Virus record (IMG/VR): IMGVR_UViG_3300010399_000033
Location: 32,001-96,000 of that record
Length of the DNA stretch: 64,000 nucleotides
Origin: a virus
Strand: one strand, 5' to 3'
Within the stretch, counting starts at the first letter, position 1; every line of letters starts with the position of its first letter. The notes below the pieces were generated by a model. It was not told the DNA's origin. It did no database searches and worked only from the letters and a program-made list of their open reading frames with translations. The translations under genes and the position numbers were made by a program. This document shows, in pieces, positions 44,401 to 52,286 of this stretch.

Positions 44401-46748
44401 AGATGAACGAGATCGACGCAACGTTCGGCAAGGAGATGCCAACGAAGGAGATCTTCGCGAAGCTTGGAGGCTCGACCGAGGACAAGCTCTCTCTCAGCCA
44501 GTCCATCATCGACAAGGCTAATGAGGAGGATAATGTCACCGGCTTTTTGAATTCGCTGACTGGGGAAGAGTTGACTGAGCTGGAAAAGAAGATTCCCGAC
44601 TATGACAACATAAGCGGCGGGGAGATCCTGGCCCACGCGAAAAACGCGATTGGCGAAGGCGCGAAGGAAGCTGCGGAGAGCATCAATCCGGACATCATGA
44701 ACAGCACGCTCGGCTTCAAGAGTGTCAATGGGTGGACGTCGGCGCTGACCGATCAGGAGATCGATGAGCTGAAGAAGTTCTATCCGGACACGGCGACCGG
44801 CAGCCCCGAGTCAATCAAGGCTGTATTCGAGGACCTTAAGAAGAAGGCCGAGGCGGCGCAGGTGCCTCATACTGAGCAGGCAGGCGAGCAGCTTGTGGGT
44901 GGCAGCAAGGTGGCCGAGGAGGAGCCGGCCAAGAAGTACAGCTTCACATTCTCGTCTCCGGAGATGTATCAGCCGTCGTCCAACAAGCACGAGCACCTTG
45001 CCAAGTTCGAGAAGGTCATCAGTTCTGCAGCCAAGAACGATGGAAAGTACCGCGCTCTGCTCAAGAAGCTAATCGACGAGGCGCCGAAGTTTGGCAATGA
45101 CGGACTGATCGATGGCCTCAAAGGCAAGATGATCGAGTCGTTCGAGAAGCTGAGTCAGTATTACAGCAACAAGGGCGACGCCGCGCAGGCGGACAAGATC
45201 AACGCCAAGGTCGCGCAGATGAAGGCTGCGCATACCAACGAGGCGGCGAAGTCTAAGCTGAACGCGGAAGTCGCCGCGATCCAGAATACGGAGAAAGCCG
45301 CGAAGCCTGCACCGGCCCCCGCGACGTTTGTTAAACCAAACTCGGCGGCGTTCAAGACCGATTTGGACACGATCGATGCCTCCGGCGGTAGCCACCATTA
45401 CAAGGGCTTGGCGAAGGCGGTTGCCGGCGCGAGTCATGGCCTGAGCTTTGCGGACGTGCATGACTCGCTGACCAGCGAGGAGATCAAGGCGGTCAGTGAG
45501 AAGTTCGGTAGCGTGGAAACTGCATTTTACAGCGCGATCGACAATCCAATTTCCATGTCAAAGGCGGTGCAGGCGTATGCGCCGAAGGGCGAGAAACCTG
45601 CCGCTGCTGAGACGAATAAGGCGGCCGAGAGCAGCGCGCCGAAAGTTCCGGCACCCAAGCTTAGTCAGGGTATCGTCGACAAAGCTAAGGAGATTAGCAA
45701 TCCGAACAATTGGTACGTGCTGCTGAATGCCGCGCAGAAAAATGAGGTGTGGGCGAAGTACACCGATGCAGACGGTGACATGACCCCGGCGATGAAGGTG
45801 CAGGCGCACGCGGATGCGGTTGCTGCATCGAAGGCGACATCGCAGCCTGAGGCGCCCGCGGAAGCTGCGAAGATTGAGGAGAAGAAGCCCGAACCCAAGA
45901 AGCCGTCCGGTATCGACCCTGAGCACATTCAGAGCAGCGTCGAATCCTGGAAAGCCAACGAACTCAAGGGCGGCAATTGGGAAAAGGAGCAGATGAACAA
46001 CCTGCTCAAGCAGGTCAAGGATCCGGCCAATAAGGCTGCCCTCGAGCAGAAGCTCAAGGACTCGCACGAGCTGACCGAGAAGAAGAAGAAGGCGAAGGAA
46101 GCCGAGATCCAGGAAGCACAGAAGAAGTATGCGGAGGAGCAGAAAGCTTCCAATGAGAAGAAGAAGAAAGAAGCTGAGAAGGCTCTGGCCGCGTACAGCA
46201 GCGACCCGATCGTTCATCGCCAGCTGAAAGCGGTTGCTGCCATTGCCGGGCATGAGAATGTCGCGTCGATGATTGGATATGTGGAGCAGGCACACGCCAA
46301 AGCTAAGGGGGCCGGATACGAGGATATGAGCGGCCCCGAGGCAATGGCGGTTCAGCTGTACAGTGAGTCGCACTATGCATCGCTCAATGAACAGCTGCGC
46401 CAAGGCGCAATGAATGAGAAGAACTACGAATTCAAGCTTGCGCTGTCATCGGCATTGCAGAAAATGCCGATCCATGCCGGAACGGTCAAGCGTGGAGCTT
46501 CTTTGAGTGCACAAGCTTTTGGGCTTTACAAGCCGGGCATGATCATTGAAGAACGCGGATTCATGTCCACCTCGACTAACAAGCCGTTCAGTGGTAATTA
46601 CCAATTCCATGTCGAGAGCAAGACCGGGCGGAATATCAAGAAGCTTTCTTCCCACTCTAGCGAGAACGAAGTCCTGTTCCCTGCTGGGACTCATTTCAAG
46701 GTGACCGAGATCGAAGGCACCACAATTCATATGGAGGAAATGACATGA
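41460..46748 (+). CDS. DUF1073-type portal protein with ~1250-aa extension containing GNAT, helical repeats and a C-terminal ADP-ribosyltransferase
   Basis: Portal: FPGYAYLSMLAQRPEYR, PDMLKPAYSFGGLS, GIPVVKLFGITPSGLNAS. GNAT: EKGGGTLVM...AREFYTKLGF. ART: VKRG, GFMSTS, ENEVLFPAGTHFKV. Confidence 0.9.
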   Translation: MLDLTKAAKRRIRRRAMPAISRTLVARVAQRRNDEVASAREAAYKTIFAPAVHPPGSTPDKTLAQDEAIGESLAWSAGNAVAAAGAIAMSSAYAEGMAFPGYAYLSMLAQRPEYRRMSEILAQEMTRKWIRLTSSASDDDKQREVKIRQLADLMDRVKLRDAFCTAAEHDGYFGRGHLFIDTGTEDDNELKTSIGDGRSEQSKTRVGTKNPVRAIRPVEPVWAYPIDYNSNNPLSANWYTPSRWYVMGTETHATRLLTFASRPVPDMLKPAYSFGGLSLSQMAKPYVDNWLRTRQSVSDLVHSFSVQGVKTNLQDLLMADGDQLMRRIELFNLCRDNRGAMLLDKETEEFFNVVTPLGTLDHLQAQAQEQMSSVSGIPVVKLFGITPSGLNASSDGEVRTFYDTILAKQERVFSSHLRTVLYFLQLSLWDEVDPSITFSWVPLWSLDAAGEAGVRETEARTDATLIDAGVIRPEESRKRVASDPSTPYASLDVDDVPIDPANVPDLEEIPPDLDAAAGGGGGKSAPGGKGKGAGGKPAGSPQGPVDHDEAVPELGDDDEEELDDLSDIIPKTPRELREQRRPIPPEDRTGLRATRPRPPRDVTARDLRNDRRAARGANPRAAMDAEFKESDHPRKDDGKFGSGSGGSASEQKKHYVQDIPTTRELDAYQKSVDARVGEIEAAGEDHPDNREYAALAHMATVLDDYKATPLSQKANTRAAFLAGNGGVLAAAGIMRNVKKGGTAEITNVGSLEKGGGTLVMQKLVSAAREKGVRAIDLTSEAREFYTKLGFKPVGGEGSSKMRLALDESKFNEMDHPRDADGKFTSGGGGGKSGGADPDEVSAVSKLGKTILSKAKSAKTGNEFWESLTQSETDHIADHPVLGPMPVDAIFKHAQKVDVASVSQSIIDKAKLAKTGTEFAQQLTSAEIQELVEDPKYEKMDWHDIMADLGAGSKPAVSQGIMDKVAAASSWKQFANSLSDEQMNEIDATFGKEMPTKEIFAKLGGSTEDKLSLSQSIIDKANEEDNVTGFLNSLTGEELTELEKKIPDYDNISGGEILAHAKNAIGEGAKEAAESINPDIMNSTLGFKSVNGWTSALTDQEIDELKKFYPDTATGSPESIKAVFEDLKKKAEAAQVPHTEQAGEQLVGGSKVAEEEPAKKYSFTFSSPEMYQPSSNKHEHLAKFEKVISSAAKNDGKYRALLKKLIDEAPKFGNDGLIDGLKGKMIESFEKLSQYYSNKGDAAQADKINAKVAQMKAAHTNEAAKSKLNAEVAAIQNTEKAAKPAPAPATFVKPNSAAFKTDLDTIDASGGSHHYKGLAKAVAGASHGLSFADVHDSLTSEEIKAVSEKFGSVETAFYSAIDNPISMSKAVQAYAPKGEKPAAAETNKAAESSAPKVPAPKLSQGIVDKAKEISNPNNWYVLLNAAQKNEVWAKYTDADGDMTPAMKVQAHADAVAASKATSQPEAPAEAAKIEEKKPEPKKPSGIDPEHIQSSVESWKANELKGGNWEKEQMNNLLKQVKDPANKAALEQKLKDSHELTEKKKKAKEAEIQEAQKKYAEEQKASNEKKKKEAEKALAAYSSDPIVHRQLKAVAAIAGHENVASMIGYVEQAHAKAKGAGYEDMSGPEAMAVQLYSESHYASLNEQLRQGAMNEKNYEFKLALSSALQKMPIHAGTVKRGASLSAQAFGLYKPGMIIEERGFMSTSTNKPFSGNYQFHVESKTGRNIKKLSSHSSENEVLFPAGTHFKVTEIEGTTIHMEEMT

Positions 46749-47137
46749 GCAAACCCAGGGACGAGTTCGTTGATCGGACGGATGAGGCGCCACCTCCCGG
46801 CATGCTGCCCGACGGCACGCTGAACGTGGTGGAGGAAGGTCCTCCCTCGCAGGAGGAGGTTGATGCTGATGACCTCAACGAGTACGACGAGCTGTTCGGT
46901 ATCGGCGCAGGAGCAGAGACTAAGAAGGAACAGAACGAGGTCGGCTACGTTGGTCCGGACGGCGACCGGCCGAATGGACAGCGTTGCGATAAGTGCACGA
47001 TGTTCGTTCGTGCAGCTGAGGATGCCTCCGATGATCCCGGCACATGCACCGCAGTCAATGGTCCGATCGACCCGGCCGGGTGGTGTGAGCTATACAAAGC
47101 CGAAAGTGAGAATGTGGGCGGGCTCCAAGAGGAGTGA
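46745..47137 (+). CDS. Acidic protein with C-terminal HiPIP-like 4-Cys domain
   Basis: VGY...GQRCDKCTMF...CTAVNGPIDPAGWCELY. Confidence 0.7.
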   Translation: MSKPRDEFVDRTDEAPPPGMLPDGTLNVVEEGPPSQEEVDADDLNEYDELFGIGAGAETKKEQNEVGYVGPDGDRPNGQRCDKCTMFVRAAEDASDDPGTCTAVNGPIDPAGWCELYKAESENVGGLQEE

Positions 47138-47574
47138 CGTCAATGGCTGCTGCTTTCATGGACTTCCTTATCGTGGTCGTCGGCCTGGGTATCATCGTTG
47201 GGCTGATGTGGATCGCGCTCGATAAGATCGGAGGGTTCGATCCCTTCTTCGTGCAGATAGGCCGCTACGCTGTCGGCGGTGCAGCCGTCCCGCTGTTCCT
47301 GTACGCACTCAAGGGCGTGCTGTTCAGCGGCGGCCACGGCGTCACCGTCACCCCCGGTGGGGTGTTGGAGTTTGGCATCGGCCTGATTATCATCCTTCTC
47401 GTCGTCTACCTGCTGTTCCTGCTGATCGATGCCTTCGTTCCGGCACCGTTCCAGGGTCCGGTGCGCTATATCGCCGGTGCGCTGGCCCTGATCGCTCTGA
47501 TGTACGTCGCTGAGCAGGTGCTGGTTGGCGGCGGTCTGGGTCTGGGCCTGCAGCCCTTTCGACTCAGCCGCTGA
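47134..47574 (+). CDS. Four-TM membrane protein (internal duplication of a two-TM unit)
   Basis: Hydrophobic helices; repeated I(G/V)...ID...PF...RY..GA pattern. Confidence 0.7.
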   Translation: MTSMAAAFMDFLIVVVGLGIIVGLMWIALDKIGGFDPFFVQIGRYAVGGAAVPLFLYALKGVLFSGGHGVTVTPGGVLEFGIGLIIILLVVYLLFLLIDAFVPAPFQGPVRYIAGALALIALMYVAEQVLVGGGLGLGLQPFRLSR

Positions 47575-47619
47575 CCCTGTTCCGTCAATCTGTCACGGAT
47601 GCTAGAGAGGAGAACGAAT

Positions 47620-48003
47620 ATGGACTTGGACTCTGATCTGAAGAGGCTGAATAATCGCGTCGCCGCGTTGGAAGCTGCGGCCATCGCGCCGGCAGCCGAG
47701 CTTCCGATGGTTCCCAAAACAGGAGTGGCGGCAACTTCGCCATTCGACGATCGACTCGCGCAGCTAGAAGGTATGGTAGAGATGCTGGCCACGCATGTTC
47801 AGTCGCTGCAGGCTGAGCGGAGCGGGGTTGACGCGTTGGCCGATCGCGTCACGGCGTTGGAGGAAGCGCGGAACGCTGTGGCGGCCGATGACGATGACAC
47901 TGGCGAGGATCCCCTTGGGCTCGAAGCCGGGCCCGAGGGCGAAGGCGAGCCGCATGAGCGCGAGCACCTCAAGAAATCGAAGACGAAGAAGCACGGGAAG
48001 TAA
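47620..48003 (+). CDS. Coiled-coil hypothetical protein
   Basis: RVAALE / RLAQLE / RVTALE heptads; GAGGAG RBS. Confidence 0.6.
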   Translation: MDLDSDLKRLNNRVAALEAAAIAPAAELPMVPKTGVAATSPFDDRLAQLEGMVEMLATHVQSLQAERSGVDALADRVTALEEARNAVAADDDDTGEDPLGLEAGPEGEGEPHEREHLKKSKTKKHGK

Positions 48004-48008
48004 TTCCC

Positions 48009-48521
48009 ATGCTGTCCGACGCGGCGTCCGTCGCCCTGTTTGGGACCATCGCAGGATTGGCGACTACTGTGTCGCCAATCATCCTGGCTGTTCTCATGGG
48101 ACGGCAGCGGCGTCGTGAAAAGGCGGATGACTACGCGCGACAGGACCAGGTCGCGGAGAAGGCGGCAGCTGCCAACTCGGCGGCTGCTGCGAAGGCCGCG
48201 GAAGTGGCTAGCTTGCTGCTGGCCGCAAATGAGCGGGTAGCGCGTCAGACGTCCGACTTGGCTGCAAAGACGAACTCCAAGATTGATCAGGTTCATGTAT
48301 TGGTCAATTCCAACTACACACAGGAGATGGAAGCTCGGTTGGTTGCGCTTGATGCCCTGGTGGGGATGACCGAGGAGGTCGCACGTCTCAATCTGGCGGC
48401 AGGTGCGGAACCAACAGAAGCTTCTAAGATCGCATTGGAAAACCTGAAACGCACGGCTGAGGGGCTGAGGAAGTCTCTTGCTGAGCGATCGTTGGCCACT
48501 GTGGCGGCGCAATTGCAATGA
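48009..48521 (+). CDS. Membrane-anchored coiled-coil protein
   Basis: N-terminal TM; IDQVHVLVNS motif. Confidence 0.65.
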   Translation: MLSDAASVALFGTIAGLATTVSPIILAVLMGRQRRREKADDYARQDQVAEKAAAANSAAAAKAAEVASLLLAANERVARQTSDLAAKTNSKIDQVHVLVNSNYTQEMEARLVALDALVGMTEEVARLNLAAGAEPTEASKIALENLKRTAEGLRKSLAERSLATVAAQLQ

Positions 48522-49300
48522 AGAATCCCAAGACACTGCGACCAGTGCAGCCGTCGGCGGGGATCCGCATCGACTATCAGCGCCGGCTGAAGAAACTGAT
48601 CGACAAGATGCACGAAAGTGTAATTTATTGGCTTAGAGCGGCATACCGCGCGGACACACCTCACCTCGCACGTGACGCCTCGCCGGCAACCGAGCTGCAG
48701 GCGGCAGTGAGACGTCTGGCCAGGCGGTGGATTAGGAACTGGAATGACGCCGCGCCGAAGCTCGCCAAATGGTTCCTGCTCAGTGTGCAGCAGCGGTCGG
48801 ATAGCACGCTGCATCGTATCCTCAAGGACCACGGCTTCAGCGTTCAATTCAAGATGACGCCGGAAATGCAGGACGCGTCCACGGCCGTGGTCAAGGCTAA
48901 CGTGGCTTTGATCAAGTCGATCCCGCAAAAGTACTTCGGACAAATCGAGCAGATCGTCATGCGGTCGGTGATGACCGGCCGCGACCTGCAGCAGGCGACG
49001 CGCGATTTGCAGCAGCAGTTTGGAGTAGCGCGTCGCCGCGCTGAGCTGATCGCTACTGACCAGAACAACAAGGCACACTCCGCACTCCAGCACATCAGGC
49101 AGCTACAACTGGGGATGACCGAGGGGATCTGGATCCATTCCGGCGGTGGACGTGAGCCACGGCCCGAACACGTTAAGATGGATGGCAAGCGTTACAAGCT
49201 TGCGGAAGGCATGTGGGATCCACATGAACGGAAGTACGTACAGCCAGGTGAGCTTATCCGGTGCAGATGCGTCCATAAAGCTGTGATCCCGGGGCTGTGA
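48518..49300 (+). CDS. MuF / SPP1 gp7-like head morphogenesis protein (short form, no toxin extension)
   Basis: NVALIKSIP, RAELIATDQNNK, W.HSGGGREPRPEH, PGELIRCRC. Confidence 0.9.
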   Translation: MKNPKTLRPVQPSAGIRIDYQRRLKKLIDKMHESVIYWLRAAYRADTPHLARDASPATELQAAVRRLARRWIRNWNDAAPKLAKWFLLSVQQRSDSTLHRILKDHGFSVQFKMTPEMQDASTAVVKANVALIKSIPQKYFGQIEQIVMRSVMTGRDLQQATRDLQQQFGVARRRAELIATDQNNKAHSALQHIRQLQLGMTEGIWIHSGGGREPRPEHVKMDGKRYKLAEGMWDPHERKYVQPGELIRCRCVHKAVIPGL

Positions 49301-49303
49301 GCA

Positions 49304-49513
49304 ATGCGATGCAGCTACTGTGGATCTAGGCGTCATTCTCTGGCGTTGTGTCCGAAGACTCATGAGGGCTCTGCTGCCCGCCTTCATCTTCGCTGCGATT
49401 ATTGTGGTGCTCGCGACCACGATTGTGCAGCATGCCCGAAAACAGCGGGCGGTACGGATCGCCGTTCGGGGAAAGTAGACGATCACTTCGTTCTGGATAG
49501 AGGACGACGTTGA
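49304..49513 (+). CDS. Double CCHC zinc-knuckle protein
   Basis: CSYCGSRRHSLALC and CDYCGARDHDCAAC (C-x2-C-x4-H-x4-C twice). Confidence 0.7.
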   Translation: MRCSYCGSRRHSLALCPKTHEGSAARLHLRCDYCGARDHDCAACPKTAGGTDRRSGKVDDHFVLDRGRR

Positions 49514-50037
49514 TGGGACTCATGATTGAGGCTCCGGACCGTGGTCCAATTCCACGTCACTCCGTTCTCACACTGCGGTGCGACGTTCATCCAGGCGGCT
49601 TTTTCTCAGCACCGCGTGAGCAGACGTTCACGCGCGGCTGTTTCACGGATCAGTACAGCGATGCGATGCAGGCGGGGTGGAAGGAAGTCTTCAGAAGTGA
49701 TCGATTGTTCCTCTGCCCTGAATGTAGCGGCAAGCCGGGAGATGGAGCTGTACGACAGTCTGCACCGACGCAGCAGGGAAGCTCTGGACAACATGCCCGT
49801 AGGCATCGCGTTGGGAAGCTTGCCAGCAACCGTCATGTTTTGGGGGCGGAAAGCGCCGACACGGTTCGTCGGATGGATCGAAAAGAAGCTACAAGATCGC
49901 GACGACGCTAGAACGCTGTACGGACGCGCAGGACTGGACCCACATCGTTGTGCAGGGCTGATGCGATCGCGCGTTGATTACGCGGCCATCGTGCCTCGTC
50001 GCCAAATCCCGATTTCCCTGAAGAAGGAGAGGCTGTC

Positions 50038-50364
50038 GTGACACCTCGGCTATTCCCTATCCTGTACCCCAGTCACGAGCTGAAGGACGACGTGTCGCGC
50101 TTGTGTCGAGCCGGTCACGCGTTTCTTCTGACCGGCTTTCCATGGGATCTGCTGGCCGCGCATGAGGAGCAGGCAATCAAGAATCACGGCCAATCGTTGG
50201 CACGCCTTGCTGAGCGCGGTGGACTTGATCCTGAGGAAATGCTGGCTGTGATGCAGGATCGTGGCGTGCGCTGGCACGGCCTATCAGTGGTCGAGGCGCA
50301 GACAGAGCTGTTGAAGATCCTGGTGCGTTCCGGCATGGTGCCGAGCATCTTCTCTCCTGCATAA
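50038..50364 (+). CDS. Hypothetical phage protein
   Basis: PWDLLAAHEEQAIKNHGQSLARLAERGGL; AAGGAG RBS. Confidence 0.65.
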   Translation: MTPRLFPILYPSHELKDDVSRLCRAGHAFLLTGFPWDLLAAHEEQAIKNHGQSLARLAERGGLDPEEMLAVMQDRGVRWHGLSVVEAQTELLKILVRSGMVPSIFSPA

Positions 50365-50450
50365 ATGAAACGGTGGAAAACGTGCATAGCTCTGCTATCG
50401 GAAGATTCATTATTGGTCTGTCCCCCATTTCGGGCAGTGAGGAGAAGTCC

Positions 50451-50732
50451 ATGACTACGGTTTACACGGGCCAGACAGTAATGAGCATGGTCACCCTATC
50501 TGGTACTGCGGGAACCGCCCTGACGGCGCCGGGGACGCTTGCGGGCGATGCGGTGATGCAGGCTTTCGACCTGGTCTCGGGTGCGGATGTGCAGGCTGTG
50601 TTGGCGCCTCGCGTACCGGCAGATGGAAAGCTAATGCAGTTGACGGCGGACGAGTCTGGTCATTTGGCTCTGGTATTGCTTCGTCGCATGGTGCCGGTTG
50701 AGCAGGTGATTGAGCTGGTTCCGGCGATCTGA
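50451..50732 (+). CDS. Hypothetical beta-rich, possibly structural protein
   Basis: GAGGAG RBS before the ATG at 50451. Confidence 0.55.
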   Translation: MTTVYTGQTVMSMVTLSGTAGTALTAPGTLAGDAVMQAFDLVSGADVQAVLAPRVPADGKLMQLTADESGHLALVLLRRMVPVEQVIELVPAI

Positions 50733-50747
50733 TCCTTCGGGACTTCA

Positions 50748-52286
50748 ATGAAGATCGATGATCTGTACAGGGTCCTCGCGCGGGACGCCGATCCTTTGAT
50801 TGCGGCAGGGCTGGCGCTTGTCTCGCCGGCCGGCCGTGTGCTTTTTTTGAAGCGCAGTGGAGCCAAGAAGTTCAACGGCGGAATGTGGTGTCTTCCGGGC
50901 GGGAAGGCCGAACGCGGCGAGACACCGGTGCATGCCGCCCTGCGCGAGACCGAGGAAGAAACCGGGTGGACGGCCGGTCCGGATGATAAGCCGCAACGCG
51001 CGGGCGCTGTACAGTACTATGAAGTGACCTACATCGTGTTTCGGCTAAATGTCGCCGAGGAGTTCGTTGCAGATCTGTCGGACGGCGAGCACACCGAGTA
51101 TGCGTGGGCATCCCCCGACGATCCGCCGCAGCCGCTGCATCCGGGATTGGGCGAGGTGCTCCCGCAGCTGGCGGCAGACGAGGACTTCCGCGCCAGTCGC
51201 GACAAGATGGCGAACGCGGCACGCGATCTGATTGAGCGCAAGGTTGCAGCTCAGGATGCGAAGGGCGAGTCCGAGCACCGTATCGTGATCGAGTTCAATG
51301 GCGACTTCGCCATGGGTGAATTCATTCGTACCCTGCAAGCTTTGGGATCATGGGGCGCATCGCGCAATGTCGATATTTCTGTGGAGGATGTTGGAACACG
51401 CCAAGAGCTGGAGGGTAAGGGATTCCGGACCAAGTTTGGCTGGGACGGCGATGGTGCGGACAAGATCGTCTCTGCTGAGCTGGATGGACAAGACCTCCTC
51501 GCGATGGATGCGGACTTCGACGAAAGCAAGCATCCACGCGACCACGGGAAGTTCTCGTCTACATCTGGTGGAAGCGGCGAGGAACCGACGCCGAAGGCCA
51601 AGAAGCAACAGGCAATCGATCCAGCCAAGATGAAGAAGGTCGGGTCGCAGATGGGCTCCAATCCCGGAGGAGTTTATGAGGATGCGGATGGGACCCGCTT
51701 CTACGTCAAGAAGGGCAAGTCTCCCGAGCATGTGAAGAACGAGCTTGCTGCGGCCGATCTCTACGCCCTCGCTGGATCCCCGACGCTGGAATACACGCCC
51801 ACCACCAGCGGTGACTACATCGCGACCAAAATGTCGAAGCTCGACAAGCCGCGCGCCGATCAGTTCTCCCCGGATGAAAAGAAGAAAGCGCAGGAAGACT
51901 TCGCCACGCATGCTTGGCTGGCAAATTGGGATGCAGCGGGACTTGACTTTGACAATGTTGGCACGGTTAGCGGAAAGCCGACGGCCCTTGATCTTGGCGG
52001 CGCGATGCTCTACCGCGGAATGGGTGCCCCCAAGGGCGACAAGTTCTCGGCGCAAGCTGGCGAGTGGGACAGCATGCGCAATTCGCAGGTCAACCCGCAA
52101 AACGCGAAGCTGTTTGGAGGCATGTCTCCGGAAGCTTTGAAGAAGTCAGCCAGCAAGGTCGCCAAGATTCCCGATGACGCGATCCGTTCTGTGGTTCAGA
52201 AACGCGGTCTTCCCGCAGCGGTGGCTGACAAGTTGATCTCGCGCAAGAACGATATTGCAAAACGTGCCGGACTTGGGAGTGTGTGA
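50748..52286 (+). CDS. Nudix hydrolase fused to a small domain and an atypical (HipA/PI3-PI4K-like) kinase domain
   Basis: Nudix box [24 protein letters not shown]; kinase-like GSNPGGVY...FYVK...NELAAADLY...NWDAAG..DN...LDLGG. Confidence 0.8.
   Translation: MKIDDLYRVLARDADPLIAAGLALVSPAGRVLFLKRSGAKKFNGGMWCLPGGKAERGETPVHAALRETEEETGWTAGPDDKPQRAGAVQYYEVTYIVFRLNVAEEFVADLSDGEHTEYAWASPDDPPQPLHPGLGEVLPQLAADEDFRASRDKMANAARDLIERKVAAQDAKGESEHRIVIEFNGDFAMGEFIRTLQALGSWGASRNVDISVEDVGTRQELEGKGFRTKFGWDGDGADKIVSAELDGQDLLAMDADFDESKHPRDHGKFSSTSGGSGEEPTPKAKKQQAIDPAKMKKVGSQMGSNPGGVYEDADGTRFYVKKGKSPEHVKNELAAADLYALAGSPTLEYTPTTSGDYIATKMSKLDKPRADQFSPDEKKKAQEDFATHAWLANWDAAGLDFDNVGTVSGKPTALDLGGAMLYRGMGAPKGDKFSAQAGEWDSMRNSQVNPQNAKLFGGMSPEALKKSASKVAKIPDDAIRSVVQKRGLPAAVADKLISRKNDIAKRAGLGSV

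Noticed and set aside
19213-46833. Dispersed near-identical repeats as a diversity-generating retroelement TR/VR pair
   Set aside because: The repeats are only about 33 bp, the differences are not adenine-specific, and no reverse transcriptase is present in the window.
47134-48521. Holin/spanin lysis cassette
   Set aside because: Membrane proteins are present, but there is no endolysin or lipoprotein signal nearby, so a lysis function is unsupported.
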